From a virus (lineage: Duplodnaviria > Caudoviricetes): DNA of 64,000 nt. Made by a program: the position numbers and the translations under genes. The DNA is taken from the IMG/VR virus record IMGVR_UViG_3300031463_000547, positions 2,031 to 66,030 of that record; one strand, given 5' to 3'. Below, one piece after another: positions 28,373 to 38,329 of the stretch. Position 1 is the stretch's first letter; each line of letters begins with the position of its first letter. The notes under the pieces are model-generated. The model was not told where the DNA came from. It did no database searches and was given only the letters and a program-made list of their open reading frames with translations.

Positions 28373-30524
28373 GTTTCGATGGGAGTATGCAAAGCGGATC
28401 GTAGAGGATGAGTATGGGCCTTTCGATGACGGCGAGCAAACTCGTAAGTGGAAACTGGTGATGGCAGTATTCAAGAAGCTCGGCGGCACAGTTGATAAGA
28501 GCTTGGAACCGCTTGTGCTCCGCCTCATTAAATCATACGTCAGGGGTCACTATCGAACGCTGAAAGATGGTTCGCGGGTGTGGGTTCGACCCTATACCAA
28601 CCGTAAGACGCGCAAGGCAGACGAACCTGATTATCATCATCCCATCGGCAAACGACTGCGCCAGATCGCGGCCAAGGCGGCTCGGCAAATGCGCCCCCTC
28701 CAAGTTCCAGCAATGGAAATCAAGAAGGACTGGACGGGCCAACCACTGGAGCAGTCGGTAGGCGATCCGAGGCGTCTGTGGAATCTGCAGACACAGAAGG
28801 TTGCCGGCACTGATAACGTTGTGTTTGTCGGAATACGGGAGGCATTTCAGAACTCTCTGGACGCGATGTTTGAGGCGATGCGTAGAGGTGAGATCAAGCG
28901 CGGCGAATTTCGCGTTGATTATGATGTGAACGCAGGCACGTTGTCGATCAGCGACAATGGCATCGGCATGGATGAGGACACCTTTCGGACGAAGTTCATG
29001 GTTCTCGGCGAAACCGGCAAGGCCGGCCAAACGGAGGCCGTAGGCGGTTTCGGAATGGCCAAGGCGTATATATTAGGTATGGTTGATCCGTCGCTACCTG
29101 GTGCGCGGTGGACAGTACGCACACGTGATATTGAGGCGACGTCGGAGATGGCTGATCCGAAGACGCCACCCGCCGAACGTGACATCAAACGGGGTCTGCC
29201 CAACCAACAGGGCGTAGTGTTGAAATTTGAGGGTATTGAAAAGCGGGCCTTCGGATGGAATCTGGAGGAAAAGTTGTCGCTATTGCTGGGATTGACCGAC
29301 ACTGGCGGCAAGGTAGATATGTATCTGAACGGCAAGCAGGTTCAGCCACCGTTTACCGTTTCAGAGGATTGCGAGAAACCATTGGATTCTCCAATGGTGC
29401 CTGAAGGTACCAACGTGCGATGCTATTTGCCGGAAGGGGACCGGCCGCGAGCTATCACACGGCTAAAAAGCAAATATGGCTATACGATGCTCCAAACAAT
29501 CGAATGGAGTGGAAATTTGCCCTGCTTCGTCGTTATGGACATTGATACCAAGTGGAGGCCGGGCGATCCTGAGTATCCCTATGAGGATAGTCGCCTCCAT
29601 CTCAAATACGATAGTCCATTGGCCAAGTTGATGGAAGCAGTGACGACTCAACTCAAGATGGACCCATATTCTGCAACTAGCAAGAGTGAGTACCAAACCC
29701 AAGTGTTTGGCGCCACTGGTGGTGCGATCATCGATGAGCAGGATCGGCAAGCAAAGCGGGCGATTGCTACCGATCCAACTATGATGAATGCTACGAAAGA
29801 GGTTGCAGAAATTCTGCGGAATGTAGGCGCTGCAGCGGCTCCACATTTGAGTGAGCGCGATGAATCCGATCCCACGGCGTCCAATATCCGCGCAGCGTCG
29901 ATGGCCTCTCGTATCATTGGGCTAGGTAGATCGGATGATAGCATTCAATATGCCGGCACCAGTCCAATAGGAAGAAGTTTTGTGGTCAGAATAGCAAACG
30001 GATACGAGGCCGGAGAGAAGTTCCGCATAGATAAGACAGCGCTTCGGCAGTTAATTGCATGGGATAGCATCTGCCGGATAGTCGGCGCGCAACTGATTAA
30101 GGTGGGAGCGCTTATGGATGTGGACTTCAAGCCGGGCTTTGTGCTGAAGGGCGATATTAAGGCGATGAACACTAAGCTGGAATACGATCAAGAGATCGCA
30201 GAACGAATCGGTGTCCCACGAGAGCGAGTGCTGTTATTCAATCCGCTATTCGTGAAAGGTGATTCTCCCGAAGCTCGGGCGATGTGGATGCGAGATGAAG
30301 CCTGCCATGAGTTTGCCCATTTCTTCTGCGGAATGCATACTGAGGAGTTCACGGCAGCCGAATCAAACGTACGGGAAGCAACACTGCCCGTAATCGGTGA
30401 TATACTGCGCATTGGGAAGCTGCTACTACGAACTAAGGCAAAGCAAACAAAACCAGACGACGGCAGCGGTCGGCTGGAACTGTCCCTGAAGTCGATACTG
30501 GAGGGCAATTATGCGATTCGATGA
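28344..30524 (+). CDS. GHKL (Hsp90/MORC-like) ATPase with C-terminal HExxH peptidase motif and ChaB-like N-terminus
   Basis: IREAFQNSLDA, ISDNGIGM, GGFGMA; CHEFAH...H; RBS GGAGGT before ATG 28344. Confidence 0.8.
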   Translation: MPSWLQKKDEFRWEYAKRIVEDEYGPFDDGEQTRKWKLVMAVFKKLGGTVDKSLEPLVLRLIKSYVRGHYRTLKDGSRVWVRPYTNRKTRKADEPDYHHPIGKRLRQIAAKAARQMRPLQVPAMEIKKDWTGQPLEQSVGDPRRLWNLQTQKVAGTDNVVFVGIREAFQNSLDAMFEAMRRGEIKRGEFRVDYDVNAGTLSISDNGIGMDEDTFRTKFMVLGETGKAGQTEAVGGFGMAKAYILGMVDPSLPGARWTVRTRDIEATSEMADPKTPPAERDIKRGLPNQQGVVLKFEGIEKRAFGWNLEEKLSLLLGLTDTGGKVDMYLNGKQVQPPFTVSEDCEKPLDSPMVPEGTNVRCYLPEGDRPRAITRLKSKYGYTMLQTIEWSGNLPCFVVMDIDTKWRPGDPEYPYEDSRLHLKYDSPLAKLMEAVTTQLKMDPYSATSKSEYQTQVFGATGGAIIDEQDRQAKRAIATDPTMMNATKEVAEILRNVGAAAAPHLSERDESDPTASNIRAASMASRIIGLGRSDDSIQYAGTSPIGRSFVVRIANGYEAGEKFRIDKTALRQLIAWDSICRIVGAQLIKVGALMDVDFKPGFVLKGDIKAMNTKLEYDQEIAERIGVPRERVLLFNPLFVKGDSPEARAMWMRDEACHEFAHFFCGMHTEEFTAAESNVREATLPVIGDILRIGKLLLRTKAKQTKPDDGSGRLELSLKSILEGNYAIR

Positions 30525-30753
30525 TATGGATGGGTTCCATAAGAGCGTGAACGAATATGCTGCGTTTCTGCTCGACTACGATGCAGTAGTCAAATATCTC
30601 CATAAGCGGGCTGAGTACATAGCGGCGAAATGCGGAGATAGCAAGATCATTGAACCGCTCGCCGATGAAATTACGGAACTCGCCATAGGCGCATTTGGTA
30701 TGGGATGCACCGCACGCGAGATTCAGTCGATTCAAGAAAAAAGTGGGAGTTGA
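30511..30753 (+). CDS. hypothetical protein
   Basis: RBS GGAGG; operon position. Confidence 0.6.
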   Translation: MRFDDMDGFHKSVNEYAAFLLDYDAVVKYLHKRAEYIAAKCGDSKIIEPLADEITELAIGAFGMGCTAREIQSIQEKSGS

Positions 30754-30759
30754 GTAACA

Positions 30760-32430
30760 ATGGGCACCGTTTTTGTAATGCCGCTGTCAAAGGGTGCTGC
30801 GTTCGACAGGCTGGCTGAGGAAGTGGCGCGTGAGTATGAAGCGAAGGGCTACTCCAGAGAGCATGCGTTGGAGATAGGCAGGGCAGTCGCGGGCAAAATT
30901 GCGCGGAAGAAATGTAAAGCCGGACGGCGACGGCGGCGAAAGAGTTTGGCGCCGATGCTGATTCTGCCCTTGGCGAAAGGTGGATGGCCGGGGATGCCAC
31001 GATATAAAGCAATCAAGGCAAAGTATCCGAACGTCATTCTGCTATTTCGTCGGGGTAGCCATTGGATGGCATTCGGCTCAGACGGCAAGTTGGTTAAACA
31101 AGTGTATGGTGCACGTATCGTACCTCAGAAGGACGTAGATCGTGTTATTGATACCTTGCAAAACCAGGGCCATCAAGTGGCACTTTGTGGTCTGATTGCC
31201 AGCAAGCCATTGGCGAAAGGTTTGGAGAAGCCGGTTAATGTCAGGCAAAGGACTAATACCGACTTAGCGGTTTCCTCGCCATACAATGCGAACTTCATCA
31301 AAGACGTAAAGCGGTTGCGAGGTGCCAAGTGGGATGTTGAAAATCGTGTTTGGGTCGTTCCGGCCGAGCATAAGGAAAAATTATTCAAACTGCTAGCTAC
31401 ACACTACAAGTGGAATCCAGAAGACCACCCCCGCGTACCAGCAGGAGTTCCAGAAGGGGGACAATTCGCAGAAAAAGGCACTACGATATTCCGGCCCCCA
31501 TATAGTGATGCATTCACAGCTTGGATGCACAAGGAAAAGATGGGATACTGGGATGCATCCGCTAAGGGTTGGCGGGTTGCGAAGGAAGATGCCGATACCG
31601 TGCGAGCCAAAATTGAGGAGATGTTCCCACAGGTGCAACGCCAAGGCGTTAAGTACGTTTCCGTAAGCATGCCGAGTTATAATGAGCGTGCCATTGCCGA
31701 GATAAAGCAAATACCAGGCCGTCAATACGATCCGACTAGCCGCACATGGTCTGTGCCAGAAACCGAAGCTGATAAGGCCAAGGCTATTGTGGAGAAGTAC
31801 TTTTCGCCAAAAGCCACGGGTACGCCTACGTCGCAGGGATTGCCTGAAGGTCACAAGTACATCAGAAGGGGAGAAGGTTATGGTGGCTATCCATTTAGAG
31901 TCGGCGAGACGATCAAAGACGATGGGAAGTACTGGACGGTTGTGTCAGCCAGCAAGCAGTATTTCCGCGAGGATGGTATGTCGTTCGGTGTTGGCGATGA
32001 ATCTGGCTATGTCTACACCGCTGAAGTTCGGCCTGCTACCGAGGAAGAAGCAGCACCATTGAAGGAGCGCGAAGAGCAAAAACGGCGCTATGTGGAGCTA
32101 AAGGAAGAGCTATCATCGATATTCAAAAAGATTTTCGATGGTGGTAAGGATGCTACACCTAAAGTGCAACCCGAAGGCGAGGACATAGACATGATCGGTA
32201 ACCCCCGCAACATTTATGGGGGCGGTCGGTGGTTTGTGATTGGCAAGAACCGCTTATGGGCAATCGAAAACAATGGTGCAGATGGCGATGATTGGAGTCG
32301 GAACAACGTCCGCACTGGAGGGGCAGGAGCAATCGGTCGATATATACCGTATACTGCAAAAATGGCAAAGCGCATCAGAGAGGCCACCACTGAGGCAAAG
32401 GCATTAAAAGCGAAGTTTGCCGGAGATTAA
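30760..32430 (+). CDS. polyvalent protein: MutS domain I-like plus three HARP/DUF5710-like repeats
   Basis: YKAIKAKYPNVILLFRRG; PYNANFIKDVKRLRGAKWDVENRVWVVP, PYSDAF...WDASAKGWRV, SYNERAIAEIKQIPGRQYDPTSRTWSVP. Confidence 0.7.
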   Translation: MGTVFVMPLSKGAAFDRLAEEVAREYEAKGYSREHALEIGRAVAGKIARKKCKAGRRRRRKSLAPMLILPLAKGGWPGMPRYKAIKAKYPNVILLFRRGSHWMAFGSDGKLVKQVYGARIVPQKDVDRVIDTLQNQGHQVALCGLIASKPLAKGLEKPVNVRQRTNTDLAVSSPYNANFIKDVKRLRGAKWDVENRVWVVPAEHKEKLFKLLATHYKWNPEDHPRVPAGVPEGGQFAEKGTTIFRPPYSDAFTAWMHKEKMGYWDASAKGWRVAKEDADTVRAKIEEMFPQVQRQGVKYVSVSMPSYNERAIAEIKQIPGRQYDPTSRTWSVPETEADKAKAIVEKYFSPKATGTPTSQGLPEGHKYIRRGEGYGGYPFRVGETIKDDGKYWTVVSASKQYFREDGMSFGVGDESGYVYTAEVRPATEEEAAPLKEREEQKRRYVELKEELSSIFKKIFDGGKDATPKVQPEGEDIDMIGNPRNIYGGGRWFVIGKNRLWAIENNGADGDDWSRNNVRTGGAGAIGRYIPYTAKMAKRIREATTEAKALKAKFAGD

Positions 32431-33356
32431 TGATGAAAATGATTCTGTTACTACCCTTGGCGAAAGCAAACCCACAATGGTTTCTGGAGGCACGGGATCA
32501 TAAAGGGCGATGGACACGTGGTGGGATGAATCAGGATGCGATGCGCAAGAAACTAAGCGGATTTAACTACGTCAACCATCACGAGATGACTCCCGAAGAG
32601 ATAGCTCAAGATCGGGCGGCATTTATGGAGCGACACCCGACTCAATTCGCTGCGAATGATACGCTTCGAACCAGGAAGGATATTCATCGCGTGGCTGATA
32701 AGATCACTCGCGCCGCAGAGCGATTGGGGTATTGGGTGGATCGCCATGAAGCCGATAGCGGTTCTACTTATCTCCAGTGCACATTGGGAGATGCCGACGT
32801 TTCCCTGAAAATTCGCGTCGCAAACCACATGCGTGTATACGACGCCGATTATTCCGTTGCGCCAGAGGATGGTTCAGCAGCGGGCGCTGTGCGGTTGCTC
32901 GCGCAGCGAGCCGGCAAACCCGAACCTAAGTGGGTAACCAAATGGTATGACGACGCACGACAGGCGGCAGGAGCACAATACGACAGATATGCCGCAGAGG
33001 CCGGGGCACGACGAGAAAAGCTTTTAGCTGAAGAGCAGCGTCTCGAACGTCGTTACGGCCCGAAAGGTTCGCCTGCATACGAGGCCGGCATTAAGGCCGA
33101 GGCTGAAAGAGCTGCACGCAAAGAGCAGGAAAGGGCAACGCGGCGGGCTACCGAGGATGAGTTAAATGCCGCGGAGGTAGCTCGGCGCGCCAAAGAGTCC
33201 CTACGGCGAACAAATCCCAAACAGGCAGCAGTCCTGTTTGACGGGGTGGAGACGTCTCCGACGAAGAGGGCTGAGTATCAACGCCATTTGGAAGAGTTGA
33301 AGCGCCAAATTGCAAACACGATGCGGCGTGAGGGAACGTGGGTGAAATCGAAATGA
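32430..33356 (+). CDS. hypothetical head-associated protein
   Basis: N-terminal PLAKA...RDHKGRW motif; central STYL...IRVANH. Confidence 0.65.
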   Translation: MMKMILLLPLAKANPQWFLEARDHKGRWTRGGMNQDAMRKKLSGFNYVNHHEMTPEEIAQDRAAFMERHPTQFAANDTLRTRKDIHRVADKITRAAERLGYWVDRHEADSGSTYLQCTLGDADVSLKIRVANHMRVYDADYSVAPEDGSAAGAVRLLAQRAGKPEPKWVTKWYDDARQAAGAQYDRYAAEAGARREKLLAEEQRLERRYGPKGSPAYEAGIKAEAERAARKEQERATRRATEDELNAAEVARRAKESLRRTNPKQAAVLFDGVETSPTKRAEYQRHLEELKRQIANTMRREGTWVKSK

Positions 33357-33359
33357 TAA

Positions 33360-33448
33360 ACCCGCTGGAAGCAACGTAGATTTCCGCAGAAATCAGGGCG
33401 GGCATACAGGACAAACCTGCATAGGCGCGCACGCTGCAAACAGCGGGT
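33360..33448 (+). ncRNA. candidate multi-stem RNA in the leader of cassette copy 2
   Basis: ACCCGCTG/CAGCGGGT and GCAACGT/ACGCTGC enclose the hairpins GATTTC/GAAATC and CAGG-ACAAA-CCTG. Confidence 0.45.
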
Positions 33449-33485
33449 CGATTGAAGTATAGCTCACAGTTGATATGCTGTCAAT

Positions 33486-33548
33486 GGCCGAGAGGACATA
33501 CCTCAAGCCGAAGATGGTCGATGGACCGTCTTCGGCTTTCGTAGTTTT
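33486..33548 (+). terminator. conserved antiterminator-hairpin/terminator cassette, copy 2
   Basis: GGCCGAGAGGACATACCTCA AGCCGAAGATGGTC-GATG-GACCGTCTTCGGCT TTCGTAGTTTT. Confidence 0.8.
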
Positions 33549-33558
33549 AGAGAAGTCA

Positions 33559-36500
33559 ATGGCGAAAATCTGTACTCATCACAGGCAAAACATCATACAT
33601 ATCGCGGGAACTTGGGAAACAAACGGCAAACCAGAACTGCTGCGCGTCTGTAGCGGCTGTGGTCGGCTGTGGCGCGGCAGGTTGGTCAAGGGGTTCTTTG
33701 TCATCGACCTCGCTAAAGCCGTACCGCTGAAACCGGGCCAACGGTGGATTACAGTGCATCCTAATGGTGAAGATGAGAAGGGCATACCAGTTCTGATTCA
33801 GGAAAACCCGGATGGAACTGCCCATGTAATTGGCGGCGCCGGTGGCAAGCTCAACTATCTGCGGCTAAATCGAATCAAGAGCCCCGAAGAATGGAAGCGC
33901 GCGGCAGAGGAACGAACTAAGAAACAACGCAAAGAGGCAATGAGACAGCGGCTGTCTCAATTGTCGGCGGCAGAGCGGGAAAAGGAAGAAGAGGTTCAGT
34001 CGGACATCAAGGCCTTGCGGGAGATGAAACAGGCTGAATATGTGCAGACTGTCATGGAAGCCCACGGTATTGCACCTGAGGAATGGAAGCTGCCAGAAAA
34101 AGTGCTTGCGGCGATGCCACCGAAAAGCCGAGCTATGGCTGAGCGCCGCCATTTGCGCAAGATGGTTAAGGTGGCTGACAAGCTCGTCGATGAGGCGCGC
34201 GAAGACATCTTGGCAGCCCGTGACAAGGTGATTCAGGATGCCATTGGCGATCTGCCGGGCAGCGATATTATGCCAGAACCTGAGCCAAGCGGAAGGGGCT
34301 TGGGATATGCGACGGCGGTATCGCAGAAGGCTGCGGAAAACGGTCTCACAACTCGTCAAACTGAAATTGAGAAACATGACATTTCATGGCGGCATTTTCT
34401 GGATGCGGCAGATGGCAGTGTGATTCGCGCAGCAGAACTCGAAGCGCGCGTAGAAGCCCTGCGCGGGGCATTGGCAGCCGTGCGGGAACCAGTTCGGCAG
34501 GCACAGAAGATGGGATTGCTGGATGTCAGCATTGCTCCCAAAGCGCCCGCCGTGGAAGACGTCAGCAAGGTACTGCTGGCTCAGAAGAAGTACAGAGAAG
34601 CCGAGCGCAAACTTACCGAAACCAGCCAGGAGATTAATGAACGTGGAGTGCCTAAGGCGGCATTCGTTGTGGCTAAGGAAATCGGCGAAATAACGGATGA
34701 GCAGGCTAAGGACGCACTTGCCGATGAACTCGAAGAGCAGACGCGTCGGGTTACCGCATCCAAACTCCTAGACGCCGCGTACGAGCAAATAGAGGCGGCG
34801 CCGTTGCGAGAGCACGTCGGAGTCGGTCACTACGATGCGATCAACAATGCCTCTCTATCTGCAACTCACGAGCCGTGTCCCATAGATCGAGTCACTGCCG
34901 ATATTTTGGGGCCAGCGGCTGCCGCAGAATTGCTGGTGCAGCATTGGCGCGAAACGATGTCGGCAGAGGAACTGGACGCACTGCGCACAGCAATTGCCAA
35001 CTACCATGTCAAAAGCCAGGTGGCCATAGCCGAAAAGGCGTTGGATGACTACAATGCGGCAAAACGGGAAATCGACGCTATCGAAGTGCCTGTGATAACT
35101 GGCGCAGATTCACTACTGGCAGCGCAGGTGGCCTGTGATACAAAGGCCGAGAAGTTAATGGGGGCTCGACGTACATTGGGCACGGCGCTCGGCAAATTAG
35201 AGGGGATGGCCGCCTTAGTCAACGCATTTGAAGAGGGGCCGATCAACGAGCTACGAGTGTCGTTGGGCGCAATATCGAATCAGCAGGCGGTCGCACAGGC
35301 ACGGGCGATGGGATTGCAGACACCAGAACTACTTGATAATGAGGATACGTTCGATTACCGCATCGACAGTGACGGTGTAAATAAGTTCTTGACCGTAACA
35401 GCCGAGGGAATGGCAAAGTTGATTGCCAAAAAAGCTGACCCTGAGTTTGCAGCGAAATCGCGAACGGCAATGGAGATCAAACGGGGAGACCATGACGTTG
35501 ATGGATGGCTACCCGCAGGATTCGTCGCCCGACCTGCCACGACGTTTGATGATCCCGACGAACGCGCGCTGATGGTCAGTGAGCCACTACGACTATCAGA
35601 GGGAATGGATGCTGCACAGGTCAGAGCGGCAGTCGAGGACTATATAGGCGGTCGATTGGCTGATGGCCAGGACCCTGAGAGTCTGCGGCAGGACCTGCTA
35701 TCGGCTGAGTTTGTATCAGCGTATGTGCCGAAGGCGTTGCAAGGAGAAGGCAGCGGCCTGTATTATAATGCACTGCGCGAACTGGGATTCTTCTCATATA
35801 ACCAAGTTGAAAACCTGACACGCGACGAATTGGAGAAGCGTGCAGACGAGATCGTTGCCAAACGCCGTCGAGAACTTGGAGAAGACGCGAAGTTGGCGGC
35901 GCTTAACTCGCAGAGCGTACCACTGAACGACGAAACCTATGAGGCGGTTCATCGTGCGTTGGCGAAGTTGCCTCAGGCCGTCGTGGTCGGCAAGGGCATT
36001 GGAGAGCTTACTGCACAGGACAAGAATACACTACGCGATTTCTTCTGGAAGCACATGACTACCGAAAAGCGCCCAATAGCGGCTGAAACCAAACGCGAAC
36101 GAGCAGAAGCCGCAGCACGCGCCGAAGAAGTGGTCGGGCATCAGGTCAACATCTTTGGTGAGATGGAGGAAGTCAAGCGCGGGCCATCCGAGGCAGACAT
36201 TGCTGGTCCGGAAGAAACTGCATGGGATCGATATGTCAAGGCGATGGGTTCGACCGACCGAGCCTATGAGTCGATTCTAGATGTGGTGCGTGGTTCGTTC
36301 ATGGGCGAATTCGCGCGCGAACTGGGCAGGGTAACTGGAACTGAGTTCAAAAGTGGGACACGGCGGATTGCCAATTGGGATCGGCACGTCTTGGGGCTGA
36401 TTCCGCCAGAAAAACAAGCCAGATTGTTGGGCGAACGCGCAATCGAGGAAAAGCGTCGGCAGGCTCAGGTTGCAACGCGCAGCGGAGGCAAATTTGCAAA

Positions 36501-38319
36501 AGAGGATGCGGCAGGAGCACGACGCGAACGCGCCGAGAAACTGATGGCAGCGATCAAGCAGTCACAGATGGGTCTGTTTAAGCTCGGCGATGCACCTCTG
36601 ATTGAGCGCACAACCATCGGGGATCGGGCTGAGGCTCAACTTATGAAGGTGTTTCCAATGGTCGCAGCCAACTTCGATCCCAAAAAGCCCGTCGAGATAC
36701 CTGCCAATATTTCAATGAGCGGCAAGTACATACAGCAGCAGCGGGCTATCAAGCTGATCGAATCGCAGAAGCGATTATCGCTGAATCTGGGAGTCGGGTC
36801 CGGCAAGACCCCTATCGCGTTGGGGGCATTCACCGACCTGCATGCTCATGGGAAGGTCAAACGCGGCATATTTGTAGTGCCCAGCGTGGTTCAGGGACAG
36901 TTTGGCGGAGAATGCTTGAGATTCACTAAGCCCGGAGCCTATCGGTGGTTTGCGAATCCGGCTGCGACTGCGGAGGAGCGGCGAAAGGCATATGCCGATC
37001 CCGGCAAGCACATGGTGATTGTAACCCATCAGGCATTTCGCGATGATCTATGTTGGGCGCTAGCCCAACACAAGTTCGGTGGCGATGTGGATAAGGCCAA
37101 CAAATGGCTGCGTTCCAGCTCAGAATCGGAGCGAAAGAGCGCAATCGCGGAATCATGCAAAGCTCTTGGTTGGAACTTTGACTATGCCGCAGTTGATGAG
37201 GGCCACGATCTATTGAACCGGCGCGGCAAGCCCAACTCGCGAATGGCCAATGCAATCGACGCATTTACGTTTAATACGCCATACTATGTGTCGATGACGG
37301 CTGACCCAGTCAAGAACGACGCGTCAGAGGCATTCGACGTGTTACATAAGTTGGACCCGGAACGCTATAACGACCCACAGGCATTTCACGCGAAATATGG
37401 TGTGGACACTGTGGCGAGCGCGGAGGCATTGCAACGCGAACTGGAACCATATTCCTACACCGGCAGGATCGTATCGGGCGTTGGCGCAGAGCGCAAAGTT
37501 CAGGAACATGATTTGACACCCGAACAGAGCACGCAATATGCCACCGTACTGAAAAACTATCAGTTGGCGCGCAAAGCGGCGCGCGAAGGAAGCGTGGATG
37601 TTGATGCCATCAAGGCGATGGCACCGCATGCATTTGATGGATTGAACGCTGAGCAGCAAACGGCCAAAGCACAACAGCTATCGAGGTTTTTGGCGTCGGT
37701 GCGTGACAGCGCGTTGGATAGGATCATCAACACAGGCAGCGTGGATAGGCGAATCAAAGATGCGCCATGTGCTAAGGTCTCAAATTTGATTCGATATGTC
37801 CAATCTAAGGGCGATCGGCCTGGAGTGATATTTGCACACAGTCTGGATTCCGTGAAGCGGATCAAGCGTGAATTGGATAGGGCGGGCATCAAAGTAGTGA
37901 GCTTGACCGGTGAGAACTCATCGCTCGAAAAGGAGATGGCTAGACTCAAGTTCCAGCCTGGAGGCGGACGTCGGGCCGAGGCTCAGGTAATAGTGTGCAG
38001 CGATGCGGGTGCAGTTGGCCAGAACCTGCAGCGCGGCGCTTGGGTGTATAACTACGACACGCCAGATACGGCAAAAACGTTGGAGCAACGAATCGGGCGT
38101 ATCGACCGAATCGGGCAGACGAACCCGGATGTCGAGAGTATCGAAGCGGTCAGCCGCACGCCGTATGAGGGCAAGCGCCGGCAGCGCATCAAACGCAAGA
38201 GCGCGTTGCGGGAAGTGTTCACGGCTCCTACTGAAATGCTCGATGATACTGGGTTGGCTCATGAGATATGGACAGCTCGACAAAAGCAACTGCAGCGAGA
38301 TATGGTAAAGGCGGCTTAG
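33559..38319 (+). CDS. large SF2 (SNF2-like) helicase protein 2
   Basis: LGVGSGKT, DEGH, MTAD, GQNLQ, QRIGRIDRIGQ; N-terminal RWITVHP domain. Start moved to ATG 33559, downstream of the terminator cassette. Confidence 0.85.
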   Translation: MAKICTHHRQNIIHIAGTWETNGKPELLRVCSGCGRLWRGRLVKGFFVIDLAKAVPLKPGQRWITVHPNGEDEKGIPVLIQENPDGTAHVIGGAGGKLNYLRLNRIKSPEEWKRAAEERTKKQRKEAMRQRLSQLSAAEREKEEEVQSDIKALREMKQAEYVQTVMEAHGIAPEEWKLPEKVLAAMPPKSRAMAERRHLRKMVKVADKLVDEAREDILAARDKVIQDAIGDLPGSDIMPEPEPSGRGLGYATAVSQKAAENGLTTRQTEIEKHDISWRHFLDAADGSVIRAAELEARVEALRGALAAVREPVRQAQKMGLLDVSIAPKAPAVEDVSKVLLAQKKYREAERKLTETSQEINERGVPKAAFVVAKEIGEITDEQAKDALADELEEQTRRVTASKLLDAAYEQIEAAPLREHVGVGHYDAINNASLSATHEPCPIDRVTADILGPAAAAELLVQHWRETMSAEELDALRTAIANYHVKSQVAIAEKALDDYNAAKREIDAIEVPVITGADSLLAAQVACDTKAEKLMGARRTLGTALGKLEGMAALVNAFEEGPINELRVSLGAISNQQAVAQARAMGLQTPELLDNEDTFDYRIDSDGVNKFLTVTAEGMAKLIAKKADPEFAAKSRTAMEIKRGDHDVDGWLPAGFVARPATTFDDPDERALMVSEPLRLSEGMDAAQVRAAVEDYIGGRLADGQDPESLRQDLLSAEFVSAYVPKALQGEGSGLYYNALRELGFFSYNQVENLTRDELEKRADEIVAKRRRELGEDAKLAALNSQSVPLNDETYEAVHRALAKLPQAVVVGKGIGELTAQDKNTLRDFFWKHMTTEKRPIAAETKRERAEAAARAEEVVGHQVNIFGEMEEVKRGPSEADIAGPEETAWDRYVKAMGSTDRAYESILDVVRGSFMGEFARELGRVTGTEFKSGTRRIANWDRHVLGLIPPEKQARLLGERAIEEKRRQAQVATRSGGKFAKEDAAGARRERAEKLMAAIKQSQMGLFKLGDAPLIERTTIGDRAEAQLMKVFPMVAANFDPKKPVEIPANISMSGKYIQQQRAIKLIESQKRLSLNLGVGSGKTPIALGAFTDLHAHGKVKRGIFVVPSVVQGQFGGECLRFTKPGAYRWFANPAATAEERRKAYADPGKHMVIVTHQAFRDDLCWALAQHKFGGDVDKANKWLRSSSESERKSAIAESCKALGWNFDYAAVDEGHDLLNRRGKPNSRMANAIDAFTFNTPYYVSMTADPVKNDASEAFDVLHKLDPERYNDPQAFHAKYGVDTVASAEALQRELEPYSYTGRIVSGVGAERKVQEHDLTPEQSTQYATVLKNYQLARKAAREGSVDVDAIKAMAPHAFDGLNAEQQTAKAQQLSRFLASVRDSALDRIINTGSVDRRIKDAPCAKVSNLIRYVQSKGDRPGVIFAHSLDSVKRIKRELDRAGIKVVSLTGENSSLEKEMARLKFQPGGGRRAEAQVIVCSDAGAVGQNLQRGAWVYNYDTPDTAKTLEQRIGRIDRIGQTNPDVESIEAVSRTPYEGKRRQRIKRKSALREVFTAPTEMLDDTGLAHEIWTARQKQLQRDMVKAA

Positions 38320-38329
38320 GAGGTGCAAG

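Noticed and set aside
33475-33558. ORF-track N-terminal extension of helicase 2 (similarly 15461-15499 and 40808-40834)
   Set aside because: These extensions start in or run through the conserved terminator cassettes; downstream ATGs are more plausible.
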